From a virus (taxonomy: Duplodnaviria > Caudoviricetes): DNA of 57,402 nucleotides. The DNA is taken from positions 1 through 57,402 of IMG/VR virus record IMGVR_UViG_3300046170_000427. One strand, given 5' to 3'. Made by a program: the position numbers and the translations under genes. Positions 42,601-50,805 of the stretch are shown here, one piece after another. The notes beneath the pieces are model-generated. The model searched no databases and was not told the origin of the DNA. It saw only the letters and a program-made list of their open reading frames with translations. How positions within the stretch are numbered: position 1 is the first letter of the stretch; each line of letters begins with the position of its first letter.

Positions 42601-45600
42601 TTGATGGTACAGGAAACATTAACCTTCCTGGTGTAAACCAAGCTGGTAACCAAGATACTTCCGGAAATGCTGCTACAGCAACTCAATTAGCAACATCTAG
42701 AACTTTAGCAATCTCCGGAGATGCTACAGGTTCCGCATCATTTGATGGTTCTGCTAACGCTACTATTTCAGCGACTCTCGCTAACAGTGGTGTTTCTGCA
42801 GCGACTTATGGTTCTTCATCTGCAGTTCCCGTAATTACAGTTGATGCTAAGGGACGCATCACTTCCGCAACAACTACTGCCGTTGGTAGTGGACTGACAG
42901 TTGCTGGAGATACTGGTTCTGAAGATATCAATCTTCTGTCTGAAACCTTAACAATCTCTGGTGGCACTAACCTCACTTCAAATGCTTCAAGTAACTCTGT
43001 TACTGTTAACTTAGACGACAATATCTCCCTAACGAGTGTTGTTGCTTCTGGTGTTGTAACTGCTTCCAGTGGATTTGTAGGTGATGTAACCGGTAATGCA
43101 TCCTCTGCTACTATTCTGCAGAATGCTAGAACTATCGGTGGAGTTTCCTTCAATGGTTCTGCTAACATCAACCTTCCAGGCGTAAACCAAACTGGTAACC
43201 AAGATACCTCTGGTAATGCTGCTACTGCAACTGCTCTGGCAAACGGTAGAAGTTTCACTGTAAGTGGAGATGCTACAACTGATTCTGCACAATCATTCGA
43301 TGGTACAGGAAACGTTGCTCTGCCAATTACTCTTGCTGCTAGTGGTGTTTCCGCTGCAACTTATGGTTCTGGATCTGCTGTTCCTGTAATCACAGTTGAT
43401 GCTAAGGGACGTATCACTTCCGCAACAACAGCTGCTGTTGGTACTGCCTTGACAGTAACCGGCGATAGTGGTTCTGAGGATATTAATTTCGGTTCTGAAA
43501 GTTTATCGATTACAGGTGGAACTAACGTTACCTCTGCTGCTGCAAGTAATGGTGTTGAACTGTCACTGGATCCCGATGTTTCTCTGACATCATTAGTCGC
43601 ATCTGGTGTTGTAACTGCTACATCATTTAAGACTGGTGCTGAAGGATCTGCGATCCACGTTAATACAGCAACAATTACAGGCCCTTCATCAATTACCATT
43701 GATCCTGCCGCTATCGGCAATGCAACTGGTACGGTTCACATCTTAGGCGATCTTCAAGTCGAAGGTACAACTACTACAATTGATAGCACAACTGTTACAA
43801 TTGCAGATAAAAACATTCAAATCGCTACCGGCGCTGCGAATGATGCTGCCGCTGATGGTGGTGGTATTACAGTTGACTCTGGTGACGGAGACAAGACATT
43901 CCAATTTGAAGCAACTGGAGACAACTTCGGTTCTTCTGAGAACATGAATCTTGCCTCTGGTAAGGTATACAAGATTAACAATACAGAAGTTCTGGGTGCT
44001 ACATCACTTGGTTCTGCAGTTGTTACTTCTTCACTGACATCCGTTGGAACTCTTGGATCACTGACTGTATCTGGAGCTCTGGTTGGTTCTCATGCTGCTC
44101 TGTCTGGAGTTACAACTTCTACAGGTGGTTTCGTTGGTGCATTAACTGGTAACGTAACTGGTAATGCTGATAGTGCAACTGCTCTGCAGAATGCTAGAAC
44201 TATCGGTGGAGTTTCCTTCGATGGTACTGCCAATATCAACTTACCTGGTGTAAACCAAACTGGTAACCAAGATACCTCTGGTAATGCTGCTACTGCAACT
44301 GCACTTGAGACTGCTAGAACTATTGGTGGAGTTTCCTTTGATGGTTCTGCAAATATAAGTCTCCCTGGTGTAAACCAATCTGGTAACCAAGATACCTCAG
44401 GAAACGCTGCAACAGCAACTGCTCTTGCAAACGCTAGAACAATTGGTGGTGTCTCCTTCGATGGTACTGCTAATATCGATCTTCCTGGCGTAACCCAATC
44501 TGGTAACCAGGACACTTCTGGAACTGCTGCTCTCGCACAGGGATTAACTGGTACACCTAACGTAACTGTTAATGCAGTCACATCTGCACATGTTGCAAAC
44601 TCTGGTGTTACTACCTCTACAGGTGGTTTCGTAGGTAATGTTCAGGGTAACATCAACTCTACAGGACTTTCTACAGTCACTAATCTGGAAGTTGATGGTT
44701 ATGTCTCCATCGGAGATACCACTGGAGATATGAACCAAGTTCTGTCTTCTGTTGGTACTGGTGTAACTTGGAGAAGCATCACTGATGTTCTTCCTCAAAC
44801 CAGAACTACTCAGACAAGCACAGCAACTGCTGGACAGACTACATTCTCGTTCACTTATAACGTTAACTACCTTGACGTATTCGTCAACGGTGTTAAACTG
44901 TCTAGTTCTGAACTGACTGCAACTAATGGAACTTCAGTTGTAATTAGCGAAGCTCTCTTCGAGGGAGATATTGTTGAATTCCATTCTTATGCAACTGCCG
45001 GTGCTGGATCGGGTACTGTTTCTAGTGCTAATGATCTTTCTGATGTTACCCTTTCAAGTGCATCAAATAACGACATTCTCGTTTACAACGGATCAGCATT
45101 TGTTAATCAACAAGCTCTGAACCTTTCTGGTAACATTGCTGCTGCAGATCTCACTCTGTCTGGCAACTTAACAGTTAATGGTACAACTACAACTCTGAAT
45201 ACTGCAACACTTGATGTTGAAGATAAGAACCTCACTCTCGCTAAGGGATCTGGTTCCTCTGCTAACGCTGATGGTGCTGGTATCACTATCGATGGTGCTG
45301 ATGCTACCTTCAATTATTCTCACACTGGAACTAAGTTTGTTGCTAACAAGTCTATTGAAGCGACTTCATTCATTGGAGACGGTTCTGGACTGACTGGTGT
45401 TGCTTCTACTGACAACATCCAAACTGCAACTGAAGCAGAATTCCTTAGTGGAGTTAAGATTGCTGGTGTTACAACCGCAACTGGTGGTATTGTTGGTGAT
45501 CTTACTGGTGATGTAACTGGTAATGTTTCTGGCAATGCTGGAACTGCAACCATCCTTGCAAACGCTAGAACAATCGGTGGAGTATCCTTCGATGGTTCTG

Positions 45601-46511
45601 CTGGTATTAACCTGCCTGGTGTTAACGCATCTGGTACTCAGGATACCTCCGGAAATGCTGCAACTGCAACTGCTCTGGAAACTGCTAGAAACATTGGTGG
45701 AGTTTCCTTCAATGGTTCTGCTAATATCAACCTTCCTGGTGTAAACGAGGCAGGTAACCAGAATACAACTGGTACTTCTGCTGGACTTACTGGAACACCT
45801 AGTATTACTGTTAATGCGATTAATTCTTCGCATATCAACAGTTCTGGTATTATCACTGCTACTTCATTCTCTGGAGATGGTTCTGGATTGACTGGTGTTG
45901 CCTCTACTGACAACATCTCTACCAACACTGTAGCAAACTTCCTGAGTGGAATTACTGTTGCTGGTGTCACAACTGCTACTAACCAGCTCGTACTTGAAAG
46001 TGATGATGGCACTCCAGGAAGAATGGATTTCTATTGCGAGTCCAGTAATGCTCACTATACCAGAATCCAGTCTGCTGCACACGGTTCTTACAGCGGTAAT
46101 GTCACTGTTACATTACCAGTTGTTTCCGGTACAGTTATCGTTGGTGGTGCTGTAACAAACACCGCAGATATTACCACAAGCGGTGATATTTCTGCTACTA
46201 ACTTCAACTCCACATCTGATATAACACTTAAGGATAATGTTTCACTTATCGACAATGCGCTCGATATGATTAACAACCTTGAGGGTATCAGCTGGAATTG
46301 GAAGCATGATGGTAAGGCATCTCTGGGTGTATCTGCTCAGAATGTTGAAACTGTTGCTCCTGAACTAGTTTCTAATGGATCTCATAAGGCTGTTAACTAT
46401 AACGGACTTATCGGTATCCTGATTGAGGCAGTTAAGGAACAAGGTAATCAGATTACCGAACTTCGCACTGAACTTGCTAAAAAAGCAAATTCAAGAAAAA
46501 AGCGTAGTTGA
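39696..46511 (+). CDS. long repetitive tail fibre with C-terminal peptidase S74 intramolecular chaperone, 2271 aa
   Basis: Eleven ARTIGGVSFDG...GNAATAT repeats. TS-DITLKDNV...LEGISWNWK...GVSAQNVE...VNYNGLIGILIEAVKE S74 signature, with Ser-Asp at 46215-46220. Confidence 0.92.
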   Translation: MAFNRELSQFASYLALDASANYIGITTAVSANVGIGSVTPRQKLDVTGNAIVSGITTSSGGFVGDLTGTATNAEGLTGTPSVTVNTVTASHINSSGIISATNFVATQGTMNITGNVTGTATTATNAEGLTGTPSITVEDISGTGNINIAGIVTANAFVGDGSGLTGVASTDNIQTATPANFLSTVRITGITTVGVVTGGTSVSATNIYGIHNGNVIGDVTGNSSSATALANARTIGGVSFDGTGNINLPGVNEAGTQDTSGNAATATALANARTIGGVSFDGTSNINLPGVNQAGNQNTSGNAATATALANARTLGGVSFDGTGDINLPGVNATGNQDTSGNAATATALATGRNFTVSGDATTDSAQSFDGTGNVALPITLANSGVSAATYGSSSAVPILTVDAKGRITSATTAAVGSGLTVTGDSGSEDINLLSEGLAITGGTNLTSAAASNGVAVSLNPEIALTSVSATGVVTATSFHTGAAGAAIQVNSATITGPSSITIDPSAIGDNTGTVHILGDLQVEGTTTTIDSTTVNIADKNIQIATGAANDAAADGGGITVDSGDGDKTFQFEATGDNFGSSENMNLANGKVYKVNNAEILSATTLGSSVVNSSLTSVGTLDSLNVAGALTGSHVNASGIVTASSFSGSGSGLSAGTTPLTTLDIDGGTDIGADLVDADLIVVDDGAGGTNRKAAMSRVKEYVLGGGSGGNFEQLKVTGISTLGQATATGLVVSGVTTATGGVVGDVTGDLTGNASTATTLETARTIGGVSFDGSGNINLPGVNQAGNQDTSGNAATATALATGRNFTVSGDATTDSAQSFDGSGNVALPITLANSGVSAATYGSSSAVPVITVDAKGRITSATTTAVGSGLTVAGDSGSEDINLLSETLTISGGTNLTSAAAGNAVTVNLNPEIALTSASASGVITASGGFVGALTGNVTGDVSGDAGGNAATATALESARTIGGVSFDGTGNINLPGVNQAGNQDTSGNAATATQLATSRTLAISGDATGSASFDGSANATISATLANSGVSAATYGSSSAVPVITVDAKGRITSATTTAVGSGLTVAGDTGSEDINLLSETLTISGGTNLTSNASSNSVTVNLDDNISLTSVVASGVVTASSGFVGDVTGNASSATILQNARTIGGVSFNGSANINLPGVNQTGNQDTSGNAATATALANGRSFTVSGDATTDSAQSFDGTGNVALPITLAASGVSAATYGSGSAVPVITVDAKGRITSATTAAVGTALTVTGDSGSEDINFGSESLSITGGTNVTSAAASNGVELSLDPDVSLTSLVASGVVTATSFKTGAEGSAIHVNTATITGPSSITIDPAAIGNATGTVHILGDLQVEGTTTTIDSTTVTIADKNIQIATGAANDAAADGGGITVDSGDGDKTFQFEATGDNFGSSENMNLASGKVYKINNTEVLGATSLGSAVVTSSLTSVGTLGSLTVSGALVGSHAALSGVTTSTGGFVGALTGNVTGNADSATALQNARTIGGVSFDGTANINLPGVNQTGNQDTSGNAATATALETARTIGGVSFDGSANISLPGVNQSGNQDTSGNAATATALANARTIGGVSFDGTANIDLPGVTQSGNQDTSGTAALAQGLTGTPNVTVNAVTSAHVANSGVTTSTGGFVGNVQGNINSTGLSTVTNLEVDGYVSIGDTTGDMNQVLSSVGTGVTWRSITDVLPQTRTTQTSTATAGQTTFSFTYNVNYLDVFVNGVKLSSSELTATNGTSVVISEALFEGDIVEFHSYATAGAGSGTVSSANDLSDVTLSSASNNDILVYNGSAFVNQQALNLSGNIAAADLTLSGNLTVNGTTTTLNTATLDVEDKNLTLAKGSGSSANADGAGITIDGADATFNYSHTGTKFVANKSIEATSFIGDGSGLTGVASTDNIQTATEAEFLSGVKIAGVTTATGGIVGDLTGDVTGNVSGNAGTATILANARTIGGVSFDGSAGINLPGVNASGTQDTSGNAATATALETARNIGGVSFNGSANINLPGVNEAGNQNTTGTSAGLTGTPSITVNAINSSHINSSGIITATSFSGDGSGLTGVASTDNISTNTVANFLSGITVAGVTTATNQLVLESDDGTPGRMDFYCESSNAHYTRIQSAAHGSYSGNVTVTLPVVSGTVIVGGAVTNTADITTSGDISATNFNSTSDITLKDNVSLIDNALDMINNLEGISWNWKHDGKASLGVSAQNVETVAPELVSNGSHKAVNYNGLIGILIEAVKEQGNQITELRTELAKKANSRKKRS
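40378..45780 (+). repeat. coding repeats in long fibre: 11 x 120-bp unit A, 4 x unit B, 2 x unit C
   Basis: Unit A recurs at exact 120-nt spacing (40381, 40501, 40621). Identical DNA at 42030-42092 = 42621-42683 (63 bp) and 42195-42262 = 42780-42847 (68 bp). Confidence 0.9.
45930..46073 (+). repeat. direct repeat copy 1 (144 bp) shared with 50238-50381
   Basis: 10 mismatches in 144 bp by manual alignment. The 59-bp identical core 45996-46054 equals 50304-50362. Confidence 0.9.
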
Positions 46512-46526
46512 GGGTTAAGTTCTCTA

Positions 46527-46533
46527 CTAAATA
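46527..46533 (+). promoter_or_regulatory. late promoter CTAAATA (short fibre + S8 protease)
   Basis: Intergenic, 16 nt before ATG 46550. Confidence 0.7.
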
Positions 46534-46549
46534 GTGAAAAACCTTATTC

Positions 46550-47245
46550 ATGGCACGCGGTAGGGAACTATCTCAGTTAGGATCATTAATTACAGTTGAT
46601 GATTCTACAAAAAACATAGGGGTAGCAACTGCTACCCCTTCCCAAAAAATTGGTATAGGAACTTTATCCCCAACCTCCAAAGTAGAGGTGGTTGGGGATG
46701 TTTCTATATCTGGAGTTTTAACCGCAACATCTTTTAGTGGAGATGGTTCTGGACTTAGTAATGTTCCTGGCACAGGCGGGTTGTCTAATGTTGTTGAAGA
46801 CACAACACCTGAATTAGGTGGAAGTTTAGATGTAAATGGGAAAGATATAACTGGTACTGGAAATGTAAATATTACTGGTATTGTAACCACCACTGAACTT
46901 TCTCTATCAAATACATCAACCGCGAATAGAAAAGCACTTGTAGGTTCTTGGACAGCAACTGCTGGTATTTTAACGAGTATTGATACTATTACAACATCAG
47001 ACTTTAAGACAATTGAATATACTCTACACATAGAAAATAGTGTTGGTATTCAAGCTCAGAAAGTATTAGTATCGAGATCTGGAACGACTCCATATTCACA
47101 AGAATATGCGATCATGTATAGTTCAGATCTATTAGTATCGATTGGATCATCATATACTGGAGGCAATTATTATCTCAATGCAACACCAGAAACAGGAATA
47201 TCTGGCGTTACAACATATAATTTTGTAAGAGAAATAATGAGTTAA
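46550..47245 (+). CDS. short fibre-like structural protein, 231 aa
   Basis: MARGRELSQ start resembling the long fibre, KIGIGTLSPTSKVEVVG, SFSGDGSGL, and NVVEDTTPELGGSLDVNG motifs. Confidence 0.78.
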   Translation: MARGRELSQLGSLITVDDSTKNIGVATATPSQKIGIGTLSPTSKVEVVGDVSISGVLTATSFSGDGSGLSNVPGTGGLSNVVEDTTPELGGSLDVNGKDITGTGNVNITGIVTTTELSLSNTSTANRKALVGSWTATAGILTSIDTITTSDFKTIEYTLHIENSVGIQAQKVLVSRSGTTPYSQEYAIMYSSDLLVSIGSSYTGGNYYLNATPETGISGVTTYNFVREIMS

Positions 47246-47246
47246 T

Positions 47247-49172
47247 ATGAAAACAGAAGTAAATGAATTAGGAAGAGTCATTGTTGTTAATGAGGTTTCC
47301 TCCGATGAACCTCAGGCTTACACTGTTTGCGTAAAAAATTCAGAAGATTGGTTAGAAATACACGATTACATTATTAATGAAAACGAAATTGATGGTATCC
47401 CAAACAGGAGAATAACCTGCATTTCTCCTATGAATTGCTCTTCAAAGAGATCTGTATATGAGATGTCTCAAGAAGAATCTGAGATTCTGAGACAGAATGA
47501 AAAAGTGGATTGGGTTGTTTTATCTTCAATGCATAATCCAATTGTTCTTGAGCAGAGAAAGCATGACGAAGAGTTTGATAGACTTATCGATACTAATAGA
47601 TTTAAAGAAAATATATCAAACTTGAGAACAAATTCAGATCCTGGATCAACATTAAATTTTACTCAATGGGGATTGTCACGTCATTCTAAATCTTCAAATG
47701 AATTTGTAGGAGTTAATACATCATCATTAAGTGAGGATATTTCATATTCATTATCAGGTAAAAATGTTGATGTTGTTATAATGGATACTGGTGTTCGTTG
47801 GGATCACCCGGACTTTTTATTATCACAATACACATCAGTTCCTGTTGGAGTATCTACTGAGTCAGTCAGCAGAGTAAGAGATATATTAATTCATGGACAA
47901 GATAATTATGGAATTAATTGGGCATCACACGGATTAGTTGCTCCTGGATCTGGAACTTTAACAAATTATACGATTGATAATGTTCTTGGATCTTCTTCAT
48001 TTAATGGATCATGGCATGGTAGTCATGTTGCTGGAACAGCAGCAGGTAATCAATTCGGTGCAGCATTTCAGGCAAACATATGGAGTATAGCGTGCATTGA
48101 TCGTACTGATGTAGGATTCTCGAATGCTGCTGATGGATTTGATTATATAAGAGTATGGCATAAAAATAAACCGGTAAATCCAGTAACTGGAAGAAAAAAT
48201 CCAACTATTGTTAATGGAAGTTGGGGATATCGACAATTCGTTATAGGAAACAATCCTACAGGTTATGCATATAATGCAACTTTCAGAGGAACATCATATC
48301 CTGGAACTGATATTTTATCTAGTAATAGTTTTCTTCCAGCAGTTTATTACATGGATCTTCTGCAATATCTAACTTATGACAATGGTAACCCTGTTCAGTG
48401 GTTTGATTTTACATCCAAACATGCAACAGCACAATCAACAACTGATGAGTTATTTGATGACTCGGATTGTGATGATATAATTGTAGTATTTTCTGCTGGC
48501 AATTCTGGAAATAGTAATGGAAAACAGGACTTACCAGGCGGAGATGATTATGATAACGAATTTACATCAGGATATCTTTTTTATGGAAATCAATTTTCCG
48601 AATCATTTGGATCAGTTGATGAATATTTTAATCGATCAGGTACTCCAGCAATTTCTCATCAAGGACAATCTGATGCACCCATAATAGTAGGATCTTTAGA
48701 TTCTTTTGTTTATACCACAGGAATATCCTCCGAAAGAAAATCTAGTTTTTCAAATACTGGCCCAGCAATTGATGTATGGGCTGCTGGATCCACAATCTTG
48801 AGTCCCTATAATACTGGACACTCTGATCCTAGAAATAGTAATTTTAATAATGGTTTTTTAAATGGAACAAGTATGGCAGCACCTAATACTTGTGGCGTTA
48901 TTGCTTGTTATTTGGAATCAAATCCATCAGCAACAAGAGTGGATGCTCGTGATTGGTTATTTAATCATGGATCTGTTCTTGTAGATGAATTATTATATGA
49001 TAGATATGGAGATACAGATCCAGTTGGTGCAGGAACTTCTGTAAATTATTGGAGTGATTCATATGGATTAAAGGGAGCTACTCCGAGAGTTCTTTATAAT
49101 CCTTTTGCTAATAATACTGTTCCGAGTATTAGTGGGGTAAATATAACAGGCATCTCTTTCTCACAATCTTAA
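47247..49172 (+). CDS. subtilisin-like S8 serine protease with N-terminal prodomain, 641 aa
   Basis: Complete triad: VDVVIMDTG (Asp ~47784), HGSHVAGTAAG (His ~48015), GTSMAAP (Ser ~48870). Oxyanion FSAGNSG and SSFSNTGPAIDVWAAG. Confidence 0.93.
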   Translation: MKTEVNELGRVIVVNEVSSDEPQAYTVCVKNSEDWLEIHDYIINENEIDGIPNRRITCISPMNCSSKRSVYEMSQEESEILRQNEKVDWVVLSSMHNPIVLEQRKHDEEFDRLIDTNRFKENISNLRTNSDPGSTLNFTQWGLSRHSKSSNEFVGVNTSSLSEDISYSLSGKNVDVVIMDTGVRWDHPDFLLSQYTSVPVGVSTESVSRVRDILIHGQDNYGINWASHGLVAPGSGTLTNYTIDNVLGSSSFNGSWHGSHVAGTAAGNQFGAAFQANIWSIACIDRTDVGFSNAADGFDYIRVWHKNKPVNPVTGRKNPTIVNGSWGYRQFVIGNNPTGYAYNATFRGTSYPGTDILSSNSFLPAVYYMDLLQYLTYDNGNPVQWFDFTSKHATAQSTTDELFDDSDCDDIIVVFSAGNSGNSNGKQDLPGGDDYDNEFTSGYLFYGNQFSESFGSVDEYFNRSGTPAISHQGQSDAPIIVGSLDSFVYTTGISSERKSSFSNTGPAIDVWAAGSTILSPYNTGHSDPRNSNFNNGFLNGTSMAAPNTCGVIACYLESNPSATRVDARDWLFNHGSVLVDELLYDRYGDTDPVGAGTSVNYWSDSYGLKGATPRVLYNPFANNTVPSISGVNITGISFSQS

Positions 49173-49175
49173 ATA
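49170..49175 (+). promoter_or_regulatory. late promoter core TAAATA
   Basis: Overlaps the S8 stop codon, 12 nt before ATG 49188. Confidence 0.55.
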
Positions 49176-49187
49176 AGATTTAAAAAA

Positions 49188-49532
49188 ATGGCAGAAAAGA
49201 ATTTTGGAGTAAAACAGGTTAATTTAATCGGTGCCTCTGGTACTCCAACGATCGAGTCACCTAATAACATTAACATTAACGCAGTTAATGTTGCGATTAG
49301 TACCGATATGAGTGTTGGTGGTAGCATAGGCATTTCTAGTAATCTATCGGTAACTGGAGTTGTAACTGCAGCGTCATTTTCTGGAGATGGTTCATCTCTC
49401 ACTAATATCAGTGTAAGTAGTGCCACTTTATCAGTTGCAGCTCGTTCTGGTGGTGTAAATGTTTCAGTTGCTGCTGGTATTGTAACGATATTCGGTAGAT
49501 CGTCTGACACTGAAGTATCAGTAGCATTTTAA
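49188..49532 (+). CDS. small fibre-like structural protein, 114 aa
   Basis: FGVKQVNLIGASGTPTIESP start and VTGVVTAASFSGDGSSLT fibre motif. Confidence 0.75.
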   Translation: MAEKNFGVKQVNLIGASGTPTIESPNNININAVNVAISTDMSVGGSIGISSNLSVTGVVTAASFSGDGSSLTNISVSSATLSVAARSGGVNVSVAAGIVTIFGRSSDTEVSVAF

Positions 49533-49538
49533 TAAATA
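49532..49538 (+). promoter_or_regulatory. late promoter ATAAATA
   Basis: Intergenic, before ATG 49560. Confidence 0.7.
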
Positions 49539-49559
49539 AGACATATAGTACTACAAAAA

Positions 49560-50780
49560 ATGGCAAATAGATTTCCACTGATTGTAGATTCGTCATCCAA
49601 TCAAATCAAAGAATTAGAAGCATCTGATAATATTGATTTAACAAACAGTGGTATCGTAAATGCCCAGTCAATTTCTGCTACCCACTTAAATCTTTCAGGT
49701 GTTGTTACTGCATCTTCTTTTTCTGGTAATGGATCAGGTTTAACGGGAGTTGCATCAACAGATAATATTCAGACAGCAACGTCAGCAAATTTTCTAAGCA
49801 ACGTCAACATTGCAGGAATAACAACCTGTCAAGCATTAACAGTTTCTGGTAATTTGACTGTTGATGGAACGACTACGACAATTAACTCAACTACACTAAC
49901 TGTTGATGATAAGACAATTGTAATTGCATCTGGTGCTGCAGATTCAAGTGCTGCAGACGGTGCGGGTATTAGTATTGATGGTGCGAGTGCTACAATTTTA
50001 TATTCTCACTCTGGAACAAAATTTGTATCCAATAAACCATTTGAAGCAACTTCATTCACAGGTAATGTTACCGGTACTTCCACAGGACTTTCTGGATCGC
50101 CTAGTATTACTGTTAATGCTGTAACTTCGTCGCATATCAATAGTTCTGGTATCATAACTGCATCCTCATTCTCAGGAGATGGATCTGGATTAACTGGTGT
50201 TAGTGCAGGATCAACGGATAACATTCAAACTACAACCGTAGCAAACTTCCTGGGTGGAATTACTGTTGCTGGTGTTACAACTACTACTAACCAGCTCGTG
50301 TTAGAAAGTGATGATGGCACTCCAGGAAGAATGGATTTCTATTGCGAGTCCAGTAATGCTCATTACACCAGACTGCAGTCTCAAGCACATGCTAATTATA
50401 GTGGTAATGTGACTGTCACATTACCAAAAGTCACTGGAACTGCTATTGTTGGCGGATCTAATTCTAACGATACAAATATCACCACATCTGGAGATGTTTC
50501 TGCTACTAACTTTAATTCTACATCGGATGTCACTTTGAAGCAAGATGTATCAGTAATTGATAATGCACTTGAAATGATTAGTCAACTTGAAGGTGTCAGT
50601 TGGAAATGGAAAGAGACACTCAAACCTTCTCTTGGCGTAACTGCACAGAATGTAGAGGAAGTTGCTCCAGAGTTAGTTTCAAATGGAGATCATAAGTCAG
50701 TCAACTATAATGGACTTATTGGTATCTTGATTGAAGCAGTTAAAGAATTAAAATCTGAGGTTGACGAGTTAAAAAGATAA
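49560..50780 (+). CDS. short tail fibre with S74 chaperone, paralogue of the long fibre C-terminus, 406 aa
   Basis: MANRFPLIV start, TS-DVTLKQDV (Ser at 50523) S74 signature, and a C-terminal half collinear with the end of the long fibre. Confidence 0.9.
   Translation: MANRFPLIVDSSSNQIKELEASDNIDLTNSGIVNAQSISATHLNLSGVVTASSFSGNGSGLTGVASTDNIQTATSANFLSNVNIAGITTCQALTVSGNLTVDGTTTTINSTTLTVDDKTIVIASGAADSSAADGAGISIDGASATILYSHSGTKFVSNKPFEATSFTGNVTGTSTGLSGSPSITVNAVTSSHINSSGIITASSFSGDGSGLTGVSAGSTDNIQTTTVANFLGGITVAGVTTTTNQLVLESDDGTPGRMDFYCESSNAHYTRLQSQAHANYSGNVTVTLPKVTGTAIVGGSNSNDTNITTSGDVSATNFNSTSDVTLKQDVSVIDNALEMISQLEGVSWKWKETLKPSLGVTAQNVEEVAPELVSNGDHKSVNYNGLIGILIEAVKELKSEVDELKR
50238..50381 (+). repeat. 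direct repeat copy 2 (144 bp) shared with 45930-46073
   Basis: Manual alignment. The offset of 4308 nt is a multiple of 3. Confidence 0.9.
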
Positions 50781-50783
50781 ATA
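50777..50783 (+). promoter_or_regulatory. late promoter ATAAATA
   Basis: Overlaps TAA 50778-50780, upstream of ATG 50806. Confidence 0.7.
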
Positions 50784-50805
50784 TAGAAGAGACTTCTTGT
50801 TTCTT

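Noticed and set aside
40378-45780. CRISPR-like array from the regular 120-bp periodicity
   Set aside because: The repeats are in-frame coding units with synonymous variation and no unique spacers.
39758-46276. Numerous minus-strand ORFs over the fibre gene, and similar ones over other structural genes
   Set aside because: These are shadow ORFs caused by the Gly/Thr/Ala/Ser codon bias of the sense gene. They have no RBS or promoter support and no recognisable motifs.
45930-50381. Diversity-generating retroelement TR/VR pair
   Set aside because: The mismatches are not adenine-specific (they include C/T, T/C and C/G), both copies are coding, and no reverse transcriptase is present in the window.
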